DNA from: Planctomycetota bacterium
Lineage (GTDB): Bacteria; Planctomycetota; Phycisphaerae; Sedimentisphaerales; Anaerobacaceae
Direction of reading: 5' to 3'
Assembly (NCBI GenBank): GCA_019456255.1
Contig: VRUG01000009.1
Coordinates: 20,037 to 84,036, forward strand
Length of the DNA stretch: 64,000 nucleotides
The notes below the pieces were generated by a model that had not been told where the DNA came from, ran no database searches, and worked only from the letters and a program-made list of their open reading frames with translations. Shown piece after piece: positions 1 through 9,288 of the stretch. Positions within the stretch are counted from its first letter, which is position 1. Every line of letters begins with the position of its first letter. The position numbers and the translations under genes are program-made.

Positions 1-281
1 GTTGGAAACAGGTATTAGAAGTTGGGGAACGTATATATACTATTGAACGCGAGTTGTGTTGTACTGAAAAAGATGGTTTCGTTAATGACGACTTACCTAA
101 ACGGTTCTTTGTAGGGGAAGGTTCAGTTGACAAGAAGCATTTCATAAAAATGCTTCTAGACTATTATTGCGAGTGTTCTTATGGGATTTGGGGAACTCCT
201 TCTATGGAACTTCGAAAAAGGCTTAACATAAATTTTGAAGATAAGTTCTTTTCAGAAATTGTAGATTTTTTGAGGGATTAA
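1..281 (+). CDS. aldehyde:ferredoxin oxidoreductase (AOR)-family protein, C-terminal fragment (5' end outside window)
   Basis: The frame is open from the window edge (WKQVLEVGERIYTIEREL...). The tail DDLPKRFF...KMLLDYY...WGTPS..L..L resembles the conserved AOR C-terminal signature (DTLPxRF..ML.EYY..RGW..G.P). Confidence 0.55.
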   Translation, partial: WKQVLEVGERIYTIERELCCTEKDGFVNDDLPKRFFVGEGSVDKKHFIKMLLDYYCECSYGIWGTPSMELRKRLNINFEDKFFSEIVDFLRD

Positions 282-1349
282 ATGACGCACTTTTTTGCTC
301 CGGGTCCAATTAAAATTCCAGATTGTTTACGAGAGGCTCTTAGTACTACTGCTCCATACTTTGCTGGAAAAGAGTTCTCTAAAGTACTTGAACAGATACA
401 ACCAAGGTTGCAAGAGGTCTTTAATACAGACAACCCAGTTATGATTGGTACTGGAAGTGGGTCTCTTGGAATGGAATGTGCTGTTACTAACTTCTTTAGT
501 CATGGCGATGTAGTAATAGTCTTGGTTACTGGTAAGTATGGGAAGAACTGGTCGGAAATGTGCCAGCGACATGGCCTTGTTGTAGCTGAAGTTTCTGCTC
601 CACCTGGTTCTGCTGCTTCGAAAGCGGAATTATCTGAATTAATGTCTCGTTTTTCGAAAGTCAAGGGAGTATTTATTACCCATGTGGATACGACTACTGG
701 GATTCTAAATCCTATTGAGGAATTTAGACATATTATTAGAACGTCGTATCCTAATACTCTCATTGTGGTTGACGCTATTTGTTCTCTTTTAACAGAACAA
801 CTAGTTAGTTCAAACTACGACGTAGTTATAAGTGCGTCCCAGAAGGCGTTATCACTTCCTCCCGGTCTATTTTTTATGACTGCATCTAGGTTGGCTGTGG
901 ATGTTGCAAGCCGTACTGAAGAGAGACCGTTTTACTTTGATGTAGTCAAAGAGTACGATAGGACTTTAACTAACACAACTACTTTTACTCCCGCTTCTAA
1001 CTTGATAATGGCACTCGACGTTGCTCTACGTATTATAGTTGATATTCTTACTCCCACTTTAATTATCGATCGGAGTATGATATTATCTACTTCTTCGAAA
1101 GTTACTCTTTCAAAAGCGGGACTTAGTTTGTTTTCTAAAAGTCCTGCTAACGCTATTACCGTAGTTTACCATTCAAATTCTGATTACATTATAAGTAAGC
1201 TTGAAGAGTCTGGTATTATTATAGGTTCTGGAGTTAGGGAATTAAAAGGTAAGATTTTTAGGATTATGCACTTTGGTTGGGACACTAAATCAAGGGACCT
1301 AGACGAAGTCTTGTCAAGCGTTATTCATTTTGCTGACCCTTATCCATGA
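282..1349 (+). CDS. class V (AGXT/serine-pyruvate/PhnW-like) PLP aminotransferase
   Basis: 355 aa. N-terminal PGP...P, GTGSGSLGME and SASQKALSLPPGL (PLP-lysine region) are typical of class V aminotransferases. Confidence 0.75.
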   Translation: MTHFFAPGPIKIPDCLREALSTTAPYFAGKEFSKVLEQIQPRLQEVFNTDNPVMIGTGSGSLGMECAVTNFFSHGDVVIVLVTGKYGKNWSEMCQRHGLVVAEVSAPPGSAASKAELSELMSRFSKVKGVFITHVDTTTGILNPIEEFRHIIRTSYPNTLIVVDAICSLLTEQLVSSNYDVVISASQKALSLPPGLFFMTASRLAVDVASRTEERPFYFDVVKEYDRTLTNTTTFTPASNLIMALDVALRIIVDILTPTLIIDRSMILSTSSKVTLSKAGLSLFSKSPANAITVVYHSNSDYIISKLEESGIIIGSGVRELKGKIFRIMHFGWDTKSRDLDEVLSSVIHFADPYP

Positions 1350-1358
1350 GGTAATAGT

Positions 1359-1853
1359 ATGAGGATTACGACGACTGGTCATAGGCCGAAGTACTGGGAG
1401 TCAATTAAAGGGGAAAAGAGCGGGTTCTTTCATCAGTTAGATTGGTACATAAATTTTAAAGGGCACGACCATAGCGAGTTGGTGTTTCTTCATGGTTGTG
1501 CTCTTGGGGTAGATACATGGTTTGGGGAATATGCAATGAAGAATAATATTGCATTAGAACTTCATCCACCTTTTCCAGTCGATGTGCAAATAGAAAAGGC
1601 TAAAATGGATAAAAAAGATATCGTTGAGTTTAGAAAGCAACTTGAATACGCAACTGATATCTTTGTAACGAACCAGAACTTTAGTATGTATGGGTACCAA
1701 AAGCGAAACATGGCTTTAGTTGACAATAGTGATGTAGTACTTGGTTGGTACAGGGTTGCGAAAAGTGGTTCTGGTAATTGTATTAATTATGCTAAGTTTA
1801 GGGGAGTACCAAATTATAACTTAAGAACTATGGTATTTAGGAGGGCACAATGA
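1359..1853 (+). CDS. SLOG/DUF1273-DUF2493-like Rossmann-fold protein
   Basis: 164 aa. N-terminal MRITTTGHRP and HGCALGVD motifs resemble the YoqJ/DprA-like SLOG families. Assignment is weak. Confidence 0.4.
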   Translation: MRITTTGHRPKYWESIKGEKSGFFHQLDWYINFKGHDHSELVFLHGCALGVDTWFGEYAMKNNIALELHPPFPVDVQIEKAKMDKKDIVEFRKQLEYATDIFVTNQNFSMYGYQKRNMALVDNSDVVLGWYRVAKSGSGNCINYAKFRGVPNYNLRTMVFRRAQ

Positions 1854-3283
1854 GTTTGAGACAATTCATAGATTCTTGTATGGGTGATGGCGATTGTTCA
1901 GTTATTCTAGACTTCTTAGATGTAGAACACGAAGTTGGGTCGTACATTCGGTCAAGTTGTGATCATGATGGGCCTATGTTGTTAACTAATCCAAACAGAA
2001 GTCACTTTAATGGCTTCACTATTGCTGGTGGGGTCTATGGGTCTAAAAGAAGAATCAAAAGGATTTTTGGGTACGATTCTGGAATATACGGTAGCAAATA
2101 TGTTGACAAGCCAGATTTTGAAGTTGTAAAGAGGTATGCTAAACTTGCTTTTGCTCCAGAAGGTTTTCTTCTTAATCGGGGTCTTGCTTCAGATGCTCCA
2201 TGTCAAGAGGTAGTAATAGATCAGGGCGACGTAGACCTTGGTAACTTTCCAGTTTGTACTCATAATGAATACGATAGTGGTGCTTTCATTACTGCTGGAG
2301 TTAATGTAGTTGAATGGGTCGCAGGTCAAGTTCAGGGACTTGGTATGCATAGGGTTTGTATTGTTAATCGCAATACTATCTCTTGCCTTGCTCCCATTAA
2401 TCGACGCATTGGATTTCCGCATTATAAGAAAGCTCCAATTAAGATGGCAGTCGTAATCGGGGCACCTCCAGAGGTTACCCTTGCATCTCAAGCAAAAGTG
2501 AATCAGAGGACTAATAAGTACCATATCGCTGACCATATCCGTGGTACTACCGTTCCACTTACTAAGTGTGTTACATCTAAATTACTTGTTCCATCAGAGG
2601 CAGAGATAGTTATTGAATGCACGTCTATTCCAGACTCCATTTACGACGACTCTCCTTTTGCTGAATACCCTGGTACTTATTCGTTTCGGAGTAACGCTTG
2701 GACAGCCCATGTAGATTGTATTACTACACGTAAAGATTGGATCTACCAAACACTCTTAACTGGTAAACTCCCACAAGAGGACTCTAACCTATGTGCTATT
2801 CCAATGGCGGCAGAGGTGTACAAAGTAGCAAAGAATCTTGTTGAAGAGGTTACAGATGTGTCTGCTTTTATTGGGAATAATGTTTTCGACACTATTATAT
2901 GTGTGAAAAAGAATTCAAATGAAGAAATTAGTAACTTAATTTGGACAATACTTGGCAACAAGTACATTAAGTCTGTAACTGTAATGGATGAGGATTTGAA
3001 AGCGAATGAGGAAGACTGGAGGTTTGCTTTTAATACTAGGTATCAACCAGATAGGGACACAACTATAACTGGCCTTGGACTGGGTGCTAGTTTAGACCCT
3101 AGTAGTCCTTTGTTTCAAAGCACTAGTAAGATAGCTTTAGACTTTACTATTCCTGTTGGTAAAACAGAATCTGATACTAACATGAATAAGAGAAGGCATT
3201 ACAAGTGTAATGCTAAGTTTAAAGATTCTGAAAGTGCTGTTTGGGATAGAATTGAAAAGTCTATTTTCCGGAAGAAATTGTAG
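1850..3283 (+). CDS. UbiD-family (prenyl-FMN-dependent) decarboxylase
   Basis: 477 aa, colinear with UbiD (GP.LL.N, G.HR..I...., V.IGA.P, SE.EIV.E, FAEYPG.Y, DW.FA..TR..P.RD, LD.T). ATGA overlap with the upstream gene. Confidence 0.7.
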   Translation: MSLRQFIDSCMGDGDCSVILDFLDVEHEVGSYIRSSCDHDGPMLLTNPNRSHFNGFTIAGGVYGSKRRIKRIFGYDSGIYGSKYVDKPDFEVVKRYAKLAFAPEGFLLNRGLASDAPCQEVVIDQGDVDLGNFPVCTHNEYDSGAFITAGVNVVEWVAGQVQGLGMHRVCIVNRNTISCLAPINRRIGFPHYKKAPIKMAVVIGAPPEVTLASQAKVNQRTNKYHIADHIRGTTVPLTKCVTSKLLVPSEAEIVIECTSIPDSIYDDSPFAEYPGTYSFRSNAWTAHVDCITTRKDWIYQTLLTGKLPQEDSNLCAIPMAAEVYKVAKNLVEEVTDVSAFIGNNVFDTIICVKKNSNEEISNLIWTILGNKYIKSVTVMDEDLKANEEDWRFAFNTRYQPDRDTTITGLGLGASLDPSSPLFQSTSKIALDFTIPVGKTESDTNMNKRRHYKCNAKFKDSESAVWDRIEKSIFRKKL

Positions 3284-3303
3284 TCTATTAGGAGGGCAAG
3301 AAG

Positions 3304-3552
3304 ATGGAAAATAAAGTATTTTTAGATTTTTTAGGGGAGGTACTTCCGAACTTAGAGGAGTACAGGGCAAAGCAGGTTAACAAGTACTATAGGGAGAAAG
3401 AGTTGGAGTGGGGTGGCGATAGTACGAAGATGGAAAAGTACAAGAATCGGGTTCGTGTAGTTGATACTTTTCTTGGTCCGTTAAAGTCTATGCTTACTAA
3501 GTATGGTCCCTTCCCAGTCATTACTGATGAAGACCAAAGGGACATAGCATAA
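3304..3552 (+). CDS. hypothetical protein
   Basis: 82-aa ORF preceded by aggaggg. Confidence 0.5.
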   Translation: MENKVFLDFLGEVLPNLEEYRAKQVNKYYREKELEWGGDSTKMEKYKNRVRVVDTFLGPLKSMLTKYGPFPVITDEDQRDIA

Positions 3553-3730
3553 ACGTAAACATTTTAAGAGAGGGCAAAAAAAAATGAGAAAGTACTATTA
3601 TAAAGGGTATGTACCGTTGAAACAGTACTGCCCAGATGTAGTAGGCGAAGATGGAGTAAGAGGAAAAGCCGGTATCAAATAGGCATCTTTACCTCACGAA
3701 CTCGCTGATAGAAATCAGCCGCGTATACTT

Positions 3731-4036
3731 GTGCAGGTACCACTTTCTATTGGTAATGAGTTGGGGTGGAACTTGAAGAAGGATTACTTTTATATATCTC
3801 GTAGAGATGGAAAGGTAACTACTAAAAGAAAACACGAATACGTGATTCATCGAGTTAGTAGATGTGATGGATACCTGTGGACGAGATACGATAGTACAAA
3901 GGATGGTTATGGTAGAATTTATTTTGGGTACTTTGGCGAGAACCTTCCACATTATGGTAAACAAATTGATGTTTATGATTTTACTCTTTCTGCTATCGGG
4001 CTTTGGTTTGACCTTCCAGATCCAAACGAGGTCTAA
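3731..4036 (+). CDS. hypothetical protein
   Basis: 101-aa ORF with no recognisable motif. A 32-aa ORF with an RBS lies just upstream in another frame. Confidence 0.35.
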   Translation: MQVPLSIGNELGWNLKKDYFYISRRDGKVTTKRKHEYVIHRVSRCDGYLWTRYDSTKDGYGRIYFGYFGENLPHYGKQIDVYDFTLSAIGLWFDLPDPNEV

Positions 4037-4041
4037 AATCG

Positions 4042-4923
4042 ATGTCAGAAGTTAAACTAAAAGTTAAGTTGTTAGATGTAACAAAGAACCCTGGGCCTCT
4101 TGTTGAGTCTATTGCAGAGATTTCTTATCAGACTCAAAGGTTCTTTGAAAGGAAACATCCCAAGTTAATCAAGTTTGGTTCCGGGCGTGTGGTGCCCTAC
4201 GAAGAGTTCGGGCTGGAAGTAGACCCCGAAATAGGTGAACCTCTTCCAGGGTACGTGAAGGATGATAACTACGTCTCTGAAATCATACCAGCAAGCTGGG
4301 AGAATGTGGTAAAGTTCATCCTTGCCATCGGGCACCACACGCCTCTTCAATGTTGCCATGCTACGTTTAAACTTCATGTTACCCGTAAATGTGCTTTGCA
4401 TTTACTTCGTTATGAGTTTTGTACTTTCAATATGCAGTCTCAGAAGTATAGAAACCAGGGAAGTTTTGAGTATTTGCTTCCAGATTTAGATGACGTCCCC
4501 TTTGGTGTACGGAAAACCTTAGGTAACTACATGAAAACAGCACAAGCCACATATGAAGAGTTGAGAAAAACTGGGGTTGATCCGGAATGGTCAAGGGCTG
4601 TATACCCCAACAATGTGCTTCAAATCATAACAATGGGCACTAACTTTAGGCAGTGGCGGCATATTTTTGATTGTTTGTGCGATGATGATTACGTTGGGGA
4701 AGATCAAGACGTTATGCTTCTAGTACTAGATGTTCTTCAACAAGAGGCTCCAGTTTTCTTTGATGACTTTGTAATTGCAGAAGATAGAAAGTCTGCTAGG
4801 AGAAAGGCCAGGAAGTATTCTAGGAATAAGAAAGTAAATTGGACCCTTTCACCGCAACAAAAAGAGGAGTTCGGAATTGAAATTCCTAAAGAGCCGGCAG
4901 GTTCTGAAACAGATATTCCGTAA
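4042..4923 (+). CDS. divergent ThyX-like (flavin-dependent thymidylate synthase fold) protein
   Basis: 293 aa with ThyX-like blocks (GHHTPLQ..HATF, FRQWRHIF). The dUMP-binding motif RHRxxSxxxxSxRY is degenerate (RYEFCTFNMQSQKY), and there are an extra N-terminal insert and a basic C-terminal tail. Confidence 0.6.
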   Translation: MSEVKLKVKLLDVTKNPGPLVESIAEISYQTQRFFERKHPKLIKFGSGRVVPYEEFGLEVDPEIGEPLPGYVKDDNYVSEIIPASWENVVKFILAIGHHTPLQCCHATFKLHVTRKCALHLLRYEFCTFNMQSQKYRNQGSFEYLLPDLDDVPFGVRKTLGNYMKTAQATYEELRKTGVDPEWSRAVYPNNVLQIITMGTNFRQWRHIFDCLCDDDYVGEDQDVMLLVLDVLQQEAPVFFDDFVIAEDRKSARRKARKYSRNKKVNWTLSPQQKEEFGIEIPKEPAGSETDIP

Positions 4924-4992
4924 GTTAAAGAAGCTTCTTATAAGATTCTTTAATCTGTACGGGAACATACCACATAGGTAAGGAGGTGTTTC

Positions 4993-7047
4993 TTGGAATT
5001 AAGTGAAAATGCTTTAGAGGTAATAAAGTTTAGATTTCTTGGTCCGGATGAGACCCCAGAACAAATGTTTGAAAGAGTTGCTAGTGCAGTTGCTGCTAGT
5101 GGGAGTCAGAACTATCTATTTTGGTATAATAGGTTTTTGGCAGCTTTTCTTAATCTTGACTTCCTACCAAGTACTCCAGGTCTTGCTAACGCTGGGAGAC
5201 CTATCGGTCAACTTATAGCTTGTTACGTAGTTGGAGTTGAAGATACTGTAGAGTCTATCTTCGATGCAATAAAGTATGCCGCAGTTATTCATAAAAGTGG
5301 GGGAGGAACTGGCTTTTCTTTTTCTAATATAAGGCCGAGTGGTAGTGTTGTACTTGAATCTAACGGGGTTGCTAGTGGTCCACTATCGTTTCTTAGGGTC
5401 TTTAATGCTGCTACTGCTGAAATGAAACAGGGAGGAGTTCGTCGTGGCGCTAACATGGCTATCTTACGGTGTGATCATCCAGATATATTTGAGTTTATTA
5501 ATGCTAAGAACGTTGAGGGATACTTATCAAACTTTAATCTAAGCGTCGATATTACAGATGAGTTTATGGAATGTTTGGCAGCGAAGGATAATTTTGATCT
5601 TAGATGGGATGGCAATGTAGTTCGAACTGTTAGAGCGGAGGACTTGTGGCGTGACATAGTTGCTGGTGCTTGGAAGAATGGAGAACCTGGAATTGTGTTT
5701 ATGGATCGTATAAATGATATGAATGAGTTGAAAATGGTTGAGACTCTTTCTGCTTGTAACCCTTGCGCAGAACAACCTTTGCCTGACTGGGGATCTTGTA
5801 ACTTGGGTTCTATTAACTTGTCTAACTTTACTGTTGGTAGATCTGTAGAATGGGGTAGGTTAAAAGAAGTAGTAGAGACTGCGGTGAGGTTTTTAGATAA
5901 TGTTATAGACGCTACGAGTTATCCGCTCAAAGAAATAGAGAAAGAAGCAAAATCGAAAAGGCGTATTGGACTTGGTATTATGGGTCTTGCGGATATGTTA
6001 ATAAAACTTGAGCTAGATTATGGTGACGTAAAAGGTCGGGCTGTTGCATCAAGTGTAATGAAGTTTATTACTACTGAGGCTGTTAAATATAGTGAGGAAC
6101 TTAGTAAGAAAGAGGGAGTACCGCCTTTACTGGATACTGTTTGTATTCAAAGAAGAAATGGGTTGATTACTACTATAGCTCCGACTGGGTCGATGAGTAT
6201 AATAGCAAATTGTTCTAGTGGGTGTGAACCAGTTTTCGCTTTTAAGTATACGAAGAGGTGTATTGAAAGTACAATCGAAGTAGTCCATCCACTTGCTAAA
6301 GAGTACTTTGATCGTGGAGAGGAACTTCCTTTCTACTTTGTTACTGCAGAAGATGTCCCAATGAAAGACCATATAAAAATGCAGGCTGCTTTACAACAGT
6401 ACGTTCATTCTGGAATTTCGAAGACTATAAATGCACCCGAAAGTACTACTATTGAAGAAGTATCTGATGCTTTTTTAGAGTGTTACAGGGCTGGGTGTAA
6501 ATCTATTGCTTTTTATCGTAAAGGTTCTCGTATACTCGAAAGTCAATACGAACAGGAAAAGGTAGCGAAACCTGTAGATACTGTATACGAAGATAGACCT
6601 AGAATTTTGTTTGGGTTTACGGAAAAGATAGCAACGTCTAAGGGTAACTTATACGTTACAGTTAATGAAAGCGACGATAAAAAGCCAGTCGAGGTTTTCC
6701 TTTCAATTGGAAAGTCTGGTAAAACAGACGCTGCTTATTCTGAAGCCCTTGGTCGTATAATTACCCTTGGTCTTAGATCTGGTCTTAATGTTGAGAAGAT
6801 TGTGAAGCATCTTAAAGGTATTAGTGGTGACGACCAGGTTTGGGATAATGGAGTAGCGATTAAGTCTATACCAGATGCCGTCGGGCAACTACTTGAAAGG
6901 GTTTACGTAGCTAAATCAGACAGTCCAAAGGCAACACAAGTTGAACGCCTTTCAGAATGTTGTCCTTCTTGTGGTGCTGAGGATACTTTAATACCCCAAG
7001 AGGGGTGTGTTGTTTGCACTTCGTGTGGGTGGGACAAATGCCTATAA
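4993..7047 (+). CDS. nrdJ: class II (adenosylcobalamin-dependent) ribonucleotide reductase
   Basis: 684 aa. Motifs: ACNPCAEQPLPDWGSCNLGSINL, TIAPTGS, SKTIN and a C-terminal CPSCG...CxxCGW zinc ribbon. TTG start 6 nt after aaggagg. Confidence 0.9.
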   Translation: MELSENALEVIKFRFLGPDETPEQMFERVASAVAASGSQNYLFWYNRFLAAFLNLDFLPSTPGLANAGRPIGQLIACYVVGVEDTVESIFDAIKYAAVIHKSGGGTGFSFSNIRPSGSVVLESNGVASGPLSFLRVFNAATAEMKQGGVRRGANMAILRCDHPDIFEFINAKNVEGYLSNFNLSVDITDEFMECLAAKDNFDLRWDGNVVRTVRAEDLWRDIVAGAWKNGEPGIVFMDRINDMNELKMVETLSACNPCAEQPLPDWGSCNLGSINLSNFTVGRSVEWGRLKEVVETAVRFLDNVIDATSYPLKEIEKEAKSKRRIGLGIMGLADMLIKLELDYGDVKGRAVASSVMKFITTEAVKYSEELSKKEGVPPLLDTVCIQRRNGLITTIAPTGSMSIIANCSSGCEPVFAFKYTKRCIESTIEVVHPLAKEYFDRGEELPFYFVTAEDVPMKDHIKMQAALQQYVHSGISKTINAPESTTIEEVSDAFLECYRAGCKSIAFYRKGSRILESQYEQEKVAKPVDTVYEDRPRILFGFTEKIATSKGNLYVTVNESDDKKPVEVFLSIGKSGKTDAAYSEALGRIITLGLRSGLNVEKIVKHLKGISGDDQVWDNGVAIKSIPDAVGQLLERVYVAKSDSPKATQVERLSECCPSCGAEDTLIPQEGCVVCTSCGWDKCL

Positions 7048-7544
7048 GTATACGCGACATGACTATAGGCGAGATCCGGTCGGCTTATCGTAAAGACCTA
7101 CAGCTTAACAGGTATCGACTAGAAGTAGCGTCAGAAGAACAGGCTACGAAGTTTGAGAAGTGGTATTCTGTAACAGAAGATGTTGCTGCAGATATCGAAG
7201 ATAAAAAAGCGTATTTAGCAGAAGTTAAAGCAAGGGTGGAAGTTGAGATTCGTAGTCTACCTAAACAAGATTTAGAAAAAAAATACCATGTTACGGATCT
7301 TAAAGAGAGTGTGGTTAAATCTCTTGTTGAATTGAATCCTACCGTACAGAAAGTTTCAAAGGAACTTCGTAAGTTAAAATTACTTCATAATAAGTTAAAG
7401 GGAGCAGTTGAGTCTGGTAGACAAAGAAAGTCTATGATTAGAGTTCTAGCAGATTTATATCAAGCAAACTACTGGGACAAAACTAAGATAAAGCAGACTG
7501 GTATTGATAGTATAAGAAGAGATAAAAAGGGTGGAGGAGTCTGA
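7038..7544 (+). CDS. hypothetical coiled-coil protein
   Basis: ATG at 7038 overlaps the nrdJ stop. K/E-rich heptad-like sequence. Confidence 0.5.
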   Translation: MPISIRDMTIGEIRSAYRKDLQLNRYRLEVASEEQATKFEKWYSVTEDVAADIEDKKAYLAEVKARVEVEIRSLPKQDLEKKYHVTDLKESVVKSLVELNPTVQKVSKELRKLKLLHNKLKGAVESGRQRKSMIRVLADLYQANYWDKTKIKQTGIDSIRRDKKGGGV

Positions 7545-7906
7545 TGAAATTTAAAGACTGTTTTGTTGGAGAGGATGGGAATGTTTGGAGGGCTTCGTCT
7601 TTGATTAAAGCCTCGAAAGACTTTGTAGTTTTTTCATTTGATGTGAGTAGTGTTGACCAAAGTGAAATACTAAGGTGGAAGCTAGTTAACCTACACGATT
7701 ATCTTAATCACTCCAGGAGGGTCTATGATGCTAACTTAACAACTCCTATTATTTTGAGATCAGATGGATATATTATGAATGGGTGGCATAGAGTAATTAA
7801 AGCCTTGTACTTAAAGGTAAAGTATTTACCAGCAAAACAGTTTAAGGTAGATTTAGAACCAGACTTTTCAGTGGAGGACAGTTGCAGTGAAGAGGAAAGC
7901 ATCTAA
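7544..7906 (+). CDS. ParB-like N-terminal (nuclease/CTPase-fold) domain protein
   Basis: 120 aa. PIILRSDGYIMNGWHRVIKA matches the ParB/Srx DGxHR core. Confidence 0.5.
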   Translation: MKFKDCFVGEDGNVWRASSLIKASKDFVVFSFDVSSVDQSEILRWKLVNLHDYLNHSRRVYDANLTTPIILRSDGYIMNGWHRVIKALYLKVKYLPAKQFKVDLEPDFSVEDSCSEEESI

Positions 7907-8966
7907 AAAAGAAGGTATATCAATTCTTAAAAGAACATCTGTTGTTACTGACTACTTAAGTACTGGGTCTACACCCCTTGACTTGTCTGTTAGTTGTAAT
8001 AAGTCTAACTATGGTGGTATTCCATCTGGTAGGATAACTGAGTTCTCTGGGGGTGGAGCGACTGGTAAAACGTATATATGTGGTGAGTTGTGTGGCGACG
8101 CTTTAAGAAAGGGATATGATCTTGTAGTAGTAGATGATATAGAAAGGAGATGGGACTTGAGTCGTATTGATACTTTTGGCTTGTCGTTGTCAGACAAAAG
8201 GTTTGTTTATTTAGATCCTGGTAGTTCTACTATTGAAGGGTGCTTTGAAACTATGTTTCAGAAGTTAGACAAGTTAAAGTCTGGGGAGAAATGCTTGTAT
8301 ATAGTCGATCCCATAGCAGCGTTGTATAGTAGGGTTGAAGTAGAAGCATCTGATAAAATGGGTCAAGCAAAAGCAAAAGCGCTTCAAAAGAATATGAGGT
8401 ATTTAAGGGATAGGGTGTACAGTGGCAGCGGAACGGCAGTTGTGTTTTCAAATCAGTTAATTGACGCTGTTGGTAAGTCGTTTGGCCCGAAGAAAATTGT
8501 ACCTGGTGGTAATGCTATGATTCATTGGCCGTCTGTTAGAGTTAGGTTTTCTGTGCCAAAGCAGGGAAAGATAACTGATACAGATTCTCCTGCTGGGAAG
8601 GAGATAACTAAGGTTGTTGGAATCCGGATACATGGCCGTGTTGAAAAGAATAGTGAAGACGACGCTTTTAGAGAATCAGATTTTTCTATTCAGTATGGTC
8701 ATGGAATAGATGACATTCTTGACTGCGCGTTGTGGTTAAAAACTTATACTACTGGTTTAGATGTTGACGGTAAAGATAGTAAGTGGTTTGGACTTTATGA
8801 TCATAGCCCGGTCTACACGCTGAGGAAGTTTATTGGGTTTGTTGAAAGGAATGATTTGGAAGAAGATTTATTAGACCTAACTTGTAGTCTTTATAGGAAA
8901 GTGTACAAAACGAAGGTTAGGAAAGGCAGGTATAGAAGAGATGAAGCGGAAAGCAATGGCGAGTAA
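7887..8966 (+). CDS. RecA-family recombinase
   Basis: 359 aa. TGSTPLDLSV..GGIPSGRITEFSGGGATGKT (Walker A) is colinear with the RecA N-terminal core. GTG start. Confidence 0.75.
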   Translation: MKRKASKKEGISILKRTSVVTDYLSTGSTPLDLSVSCNKSNYGGIPSGRITEFSGGGATGKTYICGELCGDALRKGYDLVVVDDIERRWDLSRIDTFGLSLSDKRFVYLDPGSSTIEGCFETMFQKLDKLKSGEKCLYIVDPIAALYSRVEVEASDKMGQAKAKALQKNMRYLRDRVYSGSGTAVVFSNQLIDAVGKSFGPKKIVPGGNAMIHWPSVRVRFSVPKQGKITDTDSPAGKEITKVVGIRIHGRVEKNSEDDAFRESDFSIQYGHGIDDILDCALWLKTYTTGLDVDGKDSKWFGLYDHSPVYTLRKFIGFVERNDLEEDLLDLTCSLYRKVYKTKVRKGRYRRDEAESNGE

Positions 8967-9288
8967 GCGTGATCGGCAAGTTAAAGTCGTTAAGCGTAAT
9001 AGAAAGCGTGGGCGGCGTAACGAAAAAGTTACTGCAGAAGCTATGGGGTTCGATCTTAAAGGTTTATATGGTGGTGAGGATGCAAAGAGTGAAAGTTTTA
9101 GTGCAGAGTATAAGGACAGGAAGAAGTTCGTTGGGTTTGGTTGGATGGAACAAGCAATTAGAAATTGCCCAAGTGGCAAGATTCCCTTAGTAGTTATACA
9201 TATAACTCACCAAAGAAGGTCAAAGGATTTAGTCATGATGAGACTTAGTGATTGGGTTGACTGGTATGGTAAGATAGGTGATGCTTAA
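8941..9288 (+). CDS. small PD-(D/E)XK nuclease, possible Holliday-junction resolvase
   Basis: 115 aa with a basic N-terminus, then E...GGED...AEYK (D...ExK-like) spacing. Confidence 0.4.
   Translation: MKRKAMASKRDRQVKVVKRNRKRGRRNEKVTAEAMGFDLKGLYGGEDAKSESFSAEYKDRKKFVGFGWMEQAIRNCPSGKIPLVVIHITHQRRSKDLVMMRLSDWVDWYGKIGDA

Noticed and set aside
3585-4036. Degenerate homing endonuclease (frameshifted) between the hypothetical gene and the ThyX-like gene
   Set aside because: The resemblance is only vague (..EYVIHRV..), and no HNH, GIY-YIG or LAGLIDADG catalytic motif could be identified.
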